Below, piece by piece: positions 39,070-51,589 of a stretch of DNA of 64,000 bases. This DNA comes from Lama guanicoe (taxonomy: Eukaryota), in NCBI GenBank assembly GCA_013239625.1, contig MU053810.1:5426071-5490070 (forward strand), given 5' to 3'. The number at the start of each line of letters is the position of its first letter. Position 1 is the stretch's first letter. The notes below the pieces were generated by a model. It saw only the letters and a list, made by a program, of their open reading frames with translations. It did not search any database and was not told the origin of the DNA. The position numbers and the translations under genes are program-made.

Positions 39070-39215
39070 TTATTAAATTTTTTAAATTTTTATACAATTT
39101 TTAAAAGTTATTTTCTGTTTATAGTTACCACAAAATATTGGCTATATTCCCCATGTTATATAATACATCTTTGAGTCTGTTTTACACCCAATAATGTGTA
39201 CGTCCCCACTCTCCC
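39070..39215 (-). mobile_element. L1 3' terminal fragment
   Basis: tttatagttaccacaaaatattggctatattccccatgttatataatacatct...ttttacacccaat; reverse-complement relative of 220-390. Confidence 0.7.
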
Positions 39216-40040
39216 TATCTATATATGTCTTTTCAAATATATTTAATATGTACATTCTAATCAACATGATGTATTATTTTGCATGTCCTCTAGAAGGAAT
39301 TTTGGCTTCATTTGTTACTTAAGAATAATTACTGTGAAACAAAGTTGTCATTGTACCGAAAGGGATGGAAAAAAGCAAATCATTCATTGTTTTGATGTCA
39401 GATTCTGCGCAGTGAGTTGATGTATGCCTATTTTGTGTGTGCTGCTTTAAAAAAAAAAATCTCAAGGTTCTTTTTAAAGCACTGAATTTTAAAAAGATGC
39501 AAATATTAGGTGCATCTTTCTAATCAGAAGGACAGTAAAAGAACAGTTTAACACAAAGACCCAGACATATAAAGGTGTAAATAAGCTTTTTTCTTAGCCA
39601 TATGGGAGGAGTTCCAAAAAAGCTATTTTATGGGCAATTCTTTTAAATGGATCTGTTGCTAACACTCATTCTTTATTTTTTTGATCACGTAACTCATTAA
39701 ATTTTAGCATATGGACTGGAGCCCAGCCTGTAGGAGTTCTGAAGTCCTTTCCCACAGTCATCTCAGCTATTGGAAAGGCAGATCTAAAGCTTAATTTAAC
39801 TATTTTAGAGAAGGTCTAAGCTACAGAAGGTACCATGTTTAGACAAAGGCACCGAATCAGGCAAGTTCTCAAGAATTGTACAACCTTGGCAAGTGGACAT
39901 TTGCATACTAACCCAGGGTGCTTCTCCTCTGTGGGTTTCCGTGGTGCGTGCCGTTGTTTTATTTGCTGATGAGGAAGTCAAGTGATCTCTGCTGGAGAAT
40001 GCCCATATTTAAATAAGAGCTAAGATATGCAATGCAAAAC

Positions 40041-40559
40041 TGATCCAGGGAAAAACAGGGTGAGAGGGGAGGCCAGGTCCCAGGTCTTGGATGCGTTTCT
40101 GGGGTGCACCCCACCAAGTGAGGGTCCTTGGCTTCATGCAGGAAAGAATTTAAGAGTGAGCCATAGTTGAGTAAAAGTAGATTTATTAAGAGATGCACAC
40201 TCCATAGACAGAGGGCCGGCCAGCTCAGAAGGCCAGAGAAAGTCTGTGAGGTGTAGGGGTTGTTAGTTTTTTATAGGCTTGGAAACTTCATTCGCTAACC
40301 AGTGGGAGGGTTAGTCCAACTGCTTTGGGGAAGGGGCGGGGATTCCCAGGAATTGGGCCACCACTTACTGTTTGACCTTTTATGGCAGCCTCAGAGCTGT
40401 CACAGTACGTGTGGGTGTGTCATTTACCAGGCTCGTATATTACAATGACTGTATAATGAAGCTCAAGGTCTACTGGGAGTTGACTCTTCCACCATCTTGG
40501 TGCTAATTGTCCTGTCGTTGTTTTAATGGCTTTGCCCTGTTCCCTCCCCTCCCGTCTCA
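40041..40559 (-). mobile_element. ERV1-class solo LTR (MER41-like architecture)
   Basis: The minus strand starts TGAGAC and ends ...GATCA, and contains CCAAGATGG, TATAAA (40270-40275) and AATAAA (40172-40177) in U3-R-U5 order. The 4-bp flanks are aaac/aagc. Confidence 0.8.
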
Positions 40560-42024
40560 AAGCCAATACAATCTTTTCCAGCTTAACTGCCATCCCACAT
40601 TGGCTGCACAACCACTTTTTTTTACTTTGTAGGTCGTGGGCTTGACCACATGTGAAAAACAATGTAAATGTTATGCCTTATTCATGGTTCCAGGAAGATC
40701 TGCCTTAACAATTACTTTTCATCACATGCCCAAAAACGTGGCTTAATATATATTTTTTTTAATTACATGCCTTAGGCAAGAAATGATTTACTGGTAAGAT
40801 CAGCTTCATGGAGCCCTAATAAACATTTTCTTTGGTTGATGGATGTGTTTCTCGAGGGACTTTCTGCTTTAACTGACAAGTGGTTATTAAATTTTCAAGG
40901 CAGGTCTTTTCACTCTCAAGTTTACCGATTTTTGACTCTTACAGCAGGAGACTGAAGTAAGGATGTGCTTTTCCAGATGTTTCCATCTTGCTTTTCATTA
41001 ACTGAGTGATTTTATAAGTGTGTACCTAATTTTGAGCTGTACTACACTAGCAATGAGAGGATCTATTCGCAAACTTGTAGAAATACTGTGGTCTTTTCAC
41101 TTACCTATGTTTTATCCAGTTGGGGAAAATTGATATATATCAGCTATTGATCATAGTCATATATAGTGTATTCAAACTTGATTTTTTTTTGAACTTTATA
41201 TTGTTTTCATTAGTCCCAACAAATTTGTCTTCAGGGCAACATGATAAGGGTTTGTTTTTTTTTTAATCTTAGGAATCATTATATCCAAAATTATTCATTT
41301 TCTTGAGCAGTTTATGTGCTGAATAGTACTCTGGACACATTTAACAGGAAAAATCAAACATAGTCTGAAAAGAAACTTTTTCAAGATCTATTTTTTGTGA
41401 AGATAAAAATATTTAATTAGTTTGGATATGTGGAAGAGAAGATAGTATTTTGTCATTGACTAACTATCCAAAGCTATTTATAAGTGTCTGGGTTTTGAAA
41501 TAGAGGAGAAAAAAAGAAGATGTCTTTTTTTAATACTAGCAGGCACTTCAGCTCTGCTAAAGTGGATTTAAAAAAACGCCTTCTAGGTTTACAGGAGAAG
41601 AGGATGTTCTATTCCTCAGTTTGAAAGTGAACTGTTCTTCCTAGTGGGGACACATTTCTGGGGGTTCCATTTGGGAGCATGGCATGCCAGTACACAGACA
41701 TTTAGACCGTATTGAAATACAGGTTGGTGACTGTAGTCAGTTTTAAGCCCACGTAATCGTGTTGAGGGCATAACACAGCTCTCTATATTTCTATAGAGAG
41801 AAATATACTTATGTGTACTTATGACAATTTTATAATAGCTATCAATAGCATGCTAATTGGTTAAGATTAGTCACTACTCTTGATCTTCTTTGAACGAAAG
41901 GGAAGAGTTTTGTTTTGTTTTGTTTTTCCATAGGCCTTAAGTTAGTGGCAGTCGGGGTGGAATGTGAATCTGTAGAGGCAGTAAGTGGAGTGTCATTTTG
42001 TAGTTAAGATCCTGGGCTTTTGGA

Positions 42025-42394
42025 GAAAGAAAAATCCCATATGATATCACTCATATGTGGAATCTAAAAAAACAAAGACAAATGAACTCATATATAAAAC
42101 AGAAACAGACTCACAGACATAGAATATAGACTTGTGGCTGCTGGGGGGAGGGGAGTGGGAAGGGATTAACTAGGAGTTTGAGATTTGCAGATACTGAGTG
42201 GTGTATATGAAATAGATAAACAAGTTTATACTGTATAACACAGGGAAATATATTCAATATTTTGTAGTAGCTCACGGTGAAAAAGAATATGAAAATGAAT
42301 ATATGTGTATTCATGTATGACTGAAGAATTGGGCTGTACACCAGAAGTTGACACAACAGTATAAACTGACTATACCTCAATTAGAAAAAAAAAA
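42025..42394 (+). mobile_element. L1 3'UTR fragment with 19-bp TSD, inserted in a MIR
   Basis: TSD aagatcctgggcttttgga (42006-42024) / aaggtcctgggcttttgga (42395-42413); catatgatatcactcatatgtggaatctaaaa...poly-A. Confidence 0.93.
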
Positions 42395-42599
42395 AAGGTC
42401 CTGGGCTTTTGGATCACGGAAATCTGGATTTGAGCATTTTCTCTGCTACTCATCAGCTGTCTAACTCTAGGTTATACTGACTTATCTTATCTTTTCTAAC
42501 CCTTGGTTTCCTTGTCTAAAAATCACTTATAATAAAAGACTCTATCTCCTAGATTTATTGTTGCAATATGAATATATTATTGTTAGGAAACCAAAATTT

Positions 42600-42708
42600 A
42601 TACTAACTACTATATATAAAATAGATTAACAGCAAGGTCCCACTGTATAGCCCAGGGAACTAGATTCAATACCTTGTCATAGCCTATAATGAAAAAGAAT
42701 AGGAAAAG

Positions 42709-42765
<57 letters not shown>

Positions 42766-42835
42766 TATATGTATAACTGAATCACTGTGCTGTACACTAG
42801 AAATGAACATAACATTATAAACTGACCATACTTCA
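42600..42835 (+). mobile_element. L1 3' fragment containing a (AT)17(AC)10 compound microsatellite
   Basis: actactatatataaaatagattaacagcaaggtcccactgtatagcccagggaact...gtataactgaatcactgtgctgtacact; microsatellite at 42711-42764. Confidence 0.88.
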
Positions 42836-43078
42836 AACTTGTGGTTGCCAAGGGGGCGGAGGGTGGGAAAGGATAGACAGGATTTCAAAATTGTAGAATA
42901 GATAAACAAGATTATACTGTATAGCACAGGGAAATATTCACAAGATCTTATGGTAGCTTACAGAGAAAAAAATGTGACAATGAATATATGTATGTTCATG
43001 TATAACTAAAAAATGGTGCTCTACCCTGGAATTTGACACAACATTGTAAAATGATTACAAATCAATAAAAAATGTTAA

Positions 43079-43109
<31 letters not shown>

Positions 43110-43110
43110 A
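42836..43110 (+). mobile_element. Second L1 3' fragment abutting the tail of the previous one, with (AAAT)n tail
   Basis: acttgtggttgccaagggggcggagggtgggaaagg...tttgacacaacattgtaaaatgattacaaatcaataaaaaatgtt; same subfamily as 61990-62248. Confidence 0.9.
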
Positions 43111-43249
43111 AGTAACTTAATTAAGTTTTCTCCTCAACCTATCTCATGTTCATTGAGATCAAGGAACTTAAATCTTTTTAAGTAAATATAAAATATTTAT
43201 AACACTTTGCATGCAGATTATAGGAAATGGAATAACAGGTGATAATGAG

Positions 43250-43470
43250 GATGGCTTTAAGACTCAGTGCGTGGGTTGGGATCAGGAGTCCTCCCTTTCC
43301 TATCTGTGTGCTTTTGTAAGTTCCTCTTTCTTCATCTCTCAATGGGCATCGTTGTAACGACCTTGTAGAATTGATGTGAAGAGTAAATGAGACAGGACCT
43401 GAAGCACCGAGCATGGGGCCTGGCTCAAGGTTAAGACCTCCATCAATATCAGCCATTGTAATTGTTGTTG
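43250..43470 (+). mobile_element. MIR relic
   Basis: ttcttcatctctcaatggg...tgtgaagagtaaatgaga...agcatggggcctggctcaagg...ccatcaatatcagccatt. Confidence 0.55.
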
Positions 43471-43663
43471 ATGTTATAAGGATACTGGGAGAAGATTCCG
43501 CTAATTGGTTTTTGGATGAGAGAAACAGAGGAGTGGAGGAAGAGGGAGATGGAGAAGAAGGTTGCAGACAAAATGGTAAACAGAAGACAGGGGGCTCAGC
43601 TGGTTTTGGGGTGTGGTTAATAGATGAACATGTAACTTTCTGCTTAGGCATTGGAATCATCTC

Positions 43664-44124
43664 TAGAACACTCCCGTACACCATACACAAAAATAAACTC
43701 AAAATGGATCAAAAACTTAAACATAAGACAAGATACCATAAACCTTCCAGAAGAAAATACAGGCAAAACATTATCTGACATACATCTCAAAAATGTTCTC
43801 CTAGGGCAGTCTACCCAAGTAATAGAAATAAAAGCAAGAGTAAACAAATGGGACCTAATTAAACTTACAAGCTTCTGCACAGCAAAAGAAACCAACATAA
43901 ATAAAAAGACAACCTACGGAATGGGAGAAAATTTTTGCAAATGAAACCAACAAAGGCTTGATCTCCAGAATATATAAGCAGCTCATACAACTTAATAAGA
44001 AAAAGACAAACAACCCAATCCAAAAATGGGCAGAAGACCTAAACAAGCAATTCTCCAAGGAAGAAATACAAATGATCGACATGCACATGAAAAAATGCTC
44101 CATATCACTAATTATCAGAGAAAT
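43664..44124 (+). mobile_element. Internal L1 ORF2 fragment lacking 3'UTR and poly(A)
   Basis: Translations TPYTKINSKWIKNLNIR...[17 protein letters not shown] and [38 protein letters not shown]...[11 protein letters not shown] are L1 ORF2. The fragment is frameshifted. Confidence 0.93.
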
Positions 44125-44227
44125 AGAACTTTCTCTTTGAAATGTATAATTCTCCATTTCTTACATAAACATTTATTGGGAAATAACTTGACTGATGCTA
44201 TTTTTAAAATTTTATCATGCAATTTTA

Positions 44228-44283
44228 TTTTATTTTTTTAAACATTTTTTATTGATTCATAATCATTTTACAATGTCGTGTCA
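44228..44283 (-). mobile_element. 56-bp L1 3' tip with perfect 14-bp TSD
   Basis: TSD atcatgcaatttta at 44214-44227 and 44284-44297. The insert reverse complement tgacacgacattgtaaaatgattatgaatcaataaaaaatgtttaaaa matches 62200-62248. Confidence 0.9.
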
Positions 44284-44299
44284 ATCATGCAATTTTAAA

Positions 44300-45960
44300 G
44301 ACACAATGAAAAGGTATAAAAAATAATAAAGTATTCCATACACATCACCCAGCTTCATAAACTAGGTTCACTTTTTCTTGCCAACACATTTGATTCTTTT
44401 TATGTAGTGCTCCCACCGGCAGAAGTCACAAAACACAACCTTAAAATTTTTAAATCAGTTCCATAAATTTTTCATATTTTATTACGTGTGTCTCTATCTT
44501 TAAGCAATGTATGCCTCTGAGTATTCTTACATGGTTTCCTGTAGCATATATTTGCATGTTTCAGTTTCATATAAAGTGTAGAATACTACAGTGTGCTTCT
44601 AACACTTTTTTTTCTGCTAAACATTATGGCTGTGATTCACCCATAATGTTACATATAGGGATGCTTCACTCATTTTCATGCAGTAGAGTATTCTGTTGTG
44701 TAAATTTAGCCCGATTCATTTACTCCTTCTTCTGCAGATGAGCATTTAGGTGGTTTTCCTTTTCTTTTTTTTTTTTCTTTTGGCTATGACCACTGATGAT
44801 GCTATGAATACTCAGGTGCATGAGTCCTGGTACAAATGTACAGGAGTTTTTCTAGGGCAATGCTTTCCCAACCTTCTCTGAGTTATGGCATATGTAGAAA
44901 TAATATTTTGCATACTGTCCACCACTACAGGAACTGGCCCAAGCTTCCAGACCTCAGCTGCCCCTAAGGCTGAGTGTATTGATGTCTTAGTCACTCTTGG
45001 AACTCGTTTGCCTCAGTACACTGAGAATCTCTACTCAAGGTATACGTTGGAATGGAATGGCTCAGCTGGAATGGTGTGCATATTTTTAACTTTATGAGAT
45101 GTTGTCAAATTGTCCTCCAAAATAGCTGTGCCATTTTTATGCCCCAACCAGCAGTATATAAGGGATCTCATTTCCCCACATCCTTATCAATACTTGGAAA
45201 TGTTGGACTTTGCACATTTTTGTCCATCCACCCACTTTTGCTTTTATACCTTGACTTTATATCTTCTGTCATATATCTGTTATGTTGTTTGCATTTTGTA
45301 TTGAGTTGTATTGAGTTTTTAAAATTAAAATATAGTTGATTTACAATATTGTGTTGGTTTCAGGTGTACAGCATAGTGATTCAGTCTTTTTTCAGGCTAT
45401 ATTCCATTGTAGGTTATCACAAGGTATTGGATATAATTCCTTGTGCTATACAGTAAATCCTTGTTGCTTATCTCTTTTATGACAGCAGTTTTTATCTGTT
45501 AATGCCACATTCCTAATTTGTCCCTCCTTCCCTTTCCCCTTTGGTAACCGTAAGTTTGTTTTCTATGTCTGAGCCTGCTTCTGTTTTATATGTAGGAGTT
45601 TTGTCAGCTGTTAAGTGTTGCAATATCTGCTCTCAGTCTATAGGTTTTTGTTTTTTCGTTTTTGTTTTTGCTTTTTTCTGATACATATACATTTTAAAGT
45701 GTGACGTTATCAACTTTAACAACTTTTCCTTTACATTTCCCATTTCTCATCTTGCAAGAAATCCTTCCCTAGTAATGGAAGGGCATAAAAATATTCCTCT
45801 ATATTTACTTATAAATTTTAAAATTTTGCTTATTTGTGTTTATGATATGAGGTAGAAATCAAATTTTATGTTTTCTGTTTGAATATTGAATTGTTCCAGG
45901 GCCATTTATTAAATGGTCATCTCTCCCTGCAGATCGGCAAAGGACAGCTCTGTCAAAGTA
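44300..45960 (-). mobile_element. Old L1M fragments, with a possible hAT-like remnant at ~44860-45040
   Basis: gatgagcatttaggtggttttcc...gctatgaatact...gagtttttctagg; ttttaactttatgagatgttgtcaaattgtcctccaaaatagctg; aagaaatccttccct...ataaaaatattcctctatatt. ctagggcaatgctttcccaacctt resembles a hAT-Charlie end. Confidence 0.6.
45315..45590 (-). mobile_element. Cetartiodactyl L1 3' end nested in the old L1
   Basis: tatagttgatttacaatattgtgttggtttcaggtgtacagcatagtgattcag...ccctttggtaaccgtaagtttgttttctatgtctg. Confidence 0.88.
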
Positions 45961-47490
45961 GCAAGCACTGACTCTGATTTTATTTTTAAGTTTGCTAAGT
46001 TTTGATTTTGAAAATAGGACTTCAGGGGGGAAAAATGTAATTCTCTCTTTTGAAATGAAAATCACTGGGTTGGAAGTAAGAAGACTTGAGTTCTGAACCA
46101 GATTGAGAGTGAGAGCTCCAGTCCTGGCCAGTAGTATAATATGGTATATATGATCTGAGTCAAAAGTGTTAGACTTTTTGGCTTTTAGCCCAAGTTCAGA
46201 TTCCTCTACTTTGGGTGTTTGTGATAAAACGCATGAGGAAGAAAAGGAATAGAAGAAAAGGAATAAATGCTCACCTCATGCAACTAGAGGGTCACTTGTA
46301 GGAGCAATGTGATCAGAACTCATTTCTGGTTTGTTCATCTGTGGCTCATGGTAGCAGGTCACATGACTCAAAGCCTGGACCCACAGGGAACCCCTAGAGC
46401 TGATTTCCTTACAAAGGAAGGCGTGGTAGACCCCCTTGGGGTGGCATGGACTCAGGTCAGTAAAGTGAGTCCTTAACCTTGGTTTCCCCATCTATTAAAC
46501 AACACTAAACAGGCAATTACCATGCCTTTCATTTTTGAGAGTGTGTTGTGTGCAGTTGTGTACACCTGTACATCAGTCACTGTAGAACCAAAGAGCCAGC
46601 CCCTGGCTTTCAGAACCTGTCAGATTGCCTTGTTTTTGCTCTTTCAAAAATTGGTGCTATTTCATTTCATAGTGCCTGAAAGTCATGCTTGGAATAAATG
46701 TTCATTTTAGAAGCCTCAAAAGTACTATTTTTTGATGATTTCCTCACTTCATTCCATAATGGAAATTATCCTACAAACAAAAGGATTTGGGTAAAATGCT
46801 CTGCTGGTAGAAATGTGTTCAGCTTCATTGATGCATTTGTCAGTGATGCACATCAAATTTTCTGAGTTTGTGAGTGAAACGGCTATAGAGAATGGAGTAG
46901 GAAATTATTCTTTGGTCTGTAGCACTGTCGTCATACACACCCCAAAACGTCTTTTTTAGGCTACTTGTGAAGAAATATAATCTAACGGCCAAGAGAACCA
47001 TCCAGACTCAGATCAGAGTTTTGATGGTCGAAAACCAGGAGGATGACTCTCTGGATTTAAATTAATTTCTCCTTTAAGCCTTAGTTTATTCTTTTTTCTA
47101 TGAACTGGAAATAATAAGAATAATTCATCCACATGGCCCTAATTTTTTTAATACGATAACACATGTAAAGATACTATGGTCACAGGCTAGCTACTTATAT
47201 TATTCTTGATGTATTTCCATGATTCTTGACTGATTTTTATTTATTAAATTAAAAATCACTGTGCAGATCCAACTCATACTGAACTCTTGACCCCTTGACT
47301 ATAGACTTTTCCCATTTGATTTCCCAGCATTCTAATTTTCTGTATACAGTGTTAATATTATTGGCTTATAGTGCTTGATCTGGTTGAAATTTTATCTTTA
47401 AAAAGAGAGTCTTCTTATCATCATTTATACTGATAACTGACTGTAAAAATGGAAAAATTTATTAAAACATTTTAATAATATTCACCTACA

Positions 47491-47639
47491 TTTTTGGGGG
47501 GAGGTAATTAGGATTATCTTATTTATATATATATACATATATGTATATATATATATATTTTTTAATGCAGGTACTGGGGATTGAACCTAGGGCCTCGTGC
47601 ATGCTAAGCATGTGCTCTGCCATGAGCTATACCCTCCCC
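47491..47639 (-). mobile_element. Vic-1-like SINE with (TA)n expansion in the linker
   Basis: gggggggaggtaattagg...aggtactggggattgaacctagggcctcgtgcatgctaagcatgtgctctgccatgagctataccctcccc. Confidence 0.88.
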
Positions 47640-48001
47640 TGCCAAAATTTGCCTAGTTTTATATGCAATATAATCTCCCAATTTTTTGGACATTCAATGC
47701 CCAAAAGATGAATTTTAATGTTTTTATGATGAAGACGGTTCCATCTCTGATAGATTAAAAGTGTTACAGAATTCTTTATTATTGTTTTTCACAGCCCTAA
47801 CTCCTCTTCCCCAGGTAACAGGGTAAACAGGTAAGAATCTCCACAGGTGCATGTAGATGAGGATGCTGAACCAAGTCAGGGCACATCCCTGTGACTACGT
47901 AGGGGGGAAAAAAAAAGAGTTGTTACTCAGTTTATTCAGCCTTAAATAGAACAAAACAAAAAGCCGAAAGTTCTGAAAGGAAAAAATATTTCATGAGACT
48001 T

Positions 48002-48558
<557 letters not shown>

Positions 48559-51160
48559 TCATGAATTGCATGATATTTTCCGTGCCATCATTCTGGTCCT
48601 AAGGTCTTTTTTTAATATTACATTTTTATAAGGATTTTTTTCCTAGTAGTATTTACTAAAATCCTTAAAAGACTGCCTATGAAATATGTTTAAATGAAAG
48701 ATTAACTCCTGCTAATTTCCTCAGATTACCCTAAATGTTCCTTTTTGAACAAAAAATACTCTTTTAAATTTTATTAATAAAACTTTACCTCCTACAAATG
48801 GAATAGAAACCCATGCTCATCCATTATTCACATCCTGTCATTCTCTGATTAGAGGCTGGCAACCTAGGAACAGAGAAAAATTAGTTAATGATAAGGCAGG
48901 TTATTTTCCAAACTCCACCTTGAACATTAAAGTATATACGTCTTTCATGAAATAGTCCTAGTATTTTGTATTTTTCCTGTTGCGTATTTGCACGTATACT
49001 GAAATTCAATATAGTATGTAGTTTTTTTCCCAAGTACGTAGGGATAGACTGAAACAAATTATTCATTTTGTTTTCTGATAAACAAAGTAAAACTGTGTGT
49101 ATCTATAAATGTCCTTAAAACTACCTGGCAGCCTAGGTTTCTTAATTTAAAGAACTTTAAAATGGGTGAATGAAAGAAATAAATTACAGCAAGATTGAGG
49201 AATTATTTATGTCTGTCATTTTTACACACAAACAAACAGGAAATCATGTAAGTGTATTTCCAAAATTTCTGTTTCTGTAGTTTGTATCTGGCATCATTGC
49301 TCTCATTTATACTGTTATTTCTATACTTACATTTTCTTTTTTCACACTTACCTTTTGATTGGTTATTTCAGTGGAAGCACTCAACCTTCTGAAATGTACC
49401 CACATTTCATTTTCCGTGACTTTATTTCCAGTTCACTTTTTTAAAAAAAACTTGCAGAGGATCCTGGAAGTGACTTGGAAACAAGTGTTTCTGCCTGGAT
49501 TGGATTACAAACAGAGAAACTGAACTTTTGCATCCATTTTTGTTTTATACAGAGATGCTATCAAAAACAGTTCACAACTGACCTGGGAGGGCCTCCGACT
49601 ATAGCCTTGCTGAGACAGCTTGTCACCCAGTTGTTGGGTCCTGGGGAAATATCCAGACAGTAGATATTGTGGGAAACTTGGGGAATGGAGGCTTGGAGTG
49701 GTAATGGTTTATAAACCAAGGAATTGTTTCAGTATCGCAAAAGCTAGTATGGCTGGGTCTGTGGATCTTGGCTCAGTGGACCCGTGACACATCTGCTCCA
49801 GGATAATTTGTCCAGATTGTGCCAGGAGGAAGGTGGCATTTAATACTAATGATCACAGGAAAAGTAATCCTTATTACTTGCATGGCTTGAGTTTTTAAGA
49901 AAAAAAAAAATTGGTGAAAAATCCTTGGGCCTTCTCAGCCATGTGCAGGGCTAACCCTGCAGTACCTACATCATGACAATTGGAGGAAAAGGCACAGTGA
50001 ACTTCTCTTGTTACTTTCAGGTCCCCAATGTGGCATTTCATGGGAGCAGTGACATCTAGTGTTCCCTCCTAAGAGAGCAGTGACACTCAACTTAAGCGTG
50101 TCTGTTTCAGAAGTGGCCACACACTTGGCTACTTCTTCCAGGGTCCGACTTCCACCATTTTTGAAGGCCATCACGTTAATCCAAGTCAGGGGCCTGGTCT
50201 CTTCCAGATTTTCATAACCATTGGGGCAGATTTGACTGGGAGGCCAGACATTTTCTGCTATGCTGGCCCCATTCCACACAGTCTTCAGCTCAGAGGCCCC
50301 CTGGGAATAAGGCCTTTCTGGGACCAATCTGAGGATTTGCAAAGAATTTTAAGTGAGCTCAAAACTGCTTTTGATAAAAACAGGGTAGAGGCTGAAGCCC
50401 AACCTTTTTCTCCTAATGCATTTTGACAAAATCGGTTGTTTTGAATTAGATGTGATAGGATTGGAAAGCTCTTAAGAAATAAAAATGAAAATGCACCAGA
50501 ATTTTTTATGGTTCTACGCGGGCTGAAGTTTGCTGTTCGTTACCAGAGTTTTTTTTTATGCTTGGGATTTCATGAATATGTGTTTTATTTGTATTTCTTG
50601 GTAAGCACAGCTTGGATGAACTGAATTGGAGAGAGATGGATCTTTAAAAAGGTGCCACAAATTGTTGCCACCCCTCATTCCTGAACACCCCCGCATCACT
50701 GACCTCTGAGGGCACGCTGGTATTTAAGAATAGCCTGTAAACCACTGTTTCTGTTTTTGTTTTTAGTCCAATGCTGGAGGCAGGGAGGTGTTTCTGTTGT
50801 TTCTTATTTACAGAGATCAAGTCTTGCTGGGCTGGACATAGTTGGGCTTGGGGTGATGTGTACCTTTGAAATTCCTAGTTGCTCTCTTTCCCTCATTCTC
50901 TTTTTATTTCAGTGTAAAGGAAGTCTTGCAGATGACACTCTCTCTTGCAAAGTCTGCTAGAAAGATATTTTTCATAGATCCCTTCAGTCCCTTGAGTTAT
51001 AAGCAAAAATGAAAAATACGTGGTTATTTCGTCACCAGTGGGCAGGTCTTAGGGTTGCTACTCTGGGCACCATTGCTGGCACCTGGCTTGGCTAGGGATG
51101 TCAGAAATTGAGTGCTAAAACACCTCTTTCTCAGTGATTCTAAAACATTTCATTGTTGTA

Positions 51161-51161
<1 letters not shown>

Positions 51162-51193
<32 letters not shown>
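51162..51193. repeat. (AC)16 microsatellite
   Basis: Read directly. Confidence 0.95.
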
Positions 51194-51195
<2 letters not shown>

Positions 51196-51280
51196 TATTT
51201 TTATTTTTTATTTTTTGGAAGTTTGTACAGAATGGCATGAATGGTATTCTGTGAGTTGGGGCTGGGGGAAGGAGCCTGAA

Positions 51281-51294
51281 GCGCCATCTGCTGG
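51281..51294 (-). promoter_or_regulatory. CTCF core motif CCAGCAGATGGCGC
   Basis: The reverse complement of gcgccatctgctgg fits CCASYAGRKGGCRS at every position, and the CpG is retained. Confidence 0.6.
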
Positions 51295-51589
51295 TTCCTT
51301 CCCTTTTCTTGCAAAACCCTTCTTGTGGTTAAAAAAGATAAATATCCATCATTTGAAATTCAGCCGTTCTTCTCCAGATTCCAAAACAAGTCTCATGAAA
51401 AGCTTCTTAAAAGCTGGCATCAATGCAAATATTTGTGTGTAGATTTCCACCGGGGTGAGGGGGCCAGTGACAAGGAAACTCAGTCAGGATGGAAGTGCAT
51501 TTCATTAACCAGTCTACTCATTTGGATCAAGTTAGCCAATTCCTAGAGCAGTAACCCAGAGATCCTTCCTGAGCCATAAATAGATCCTT

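Noticed and set aside
42111..42927. Hydrophobic 'membrane protein' ORFs on the minus strand (also 9661-9879 and 61963-62205)
   Set aside because: These are antisense translations of L1 3'UTRs and microsatellites.
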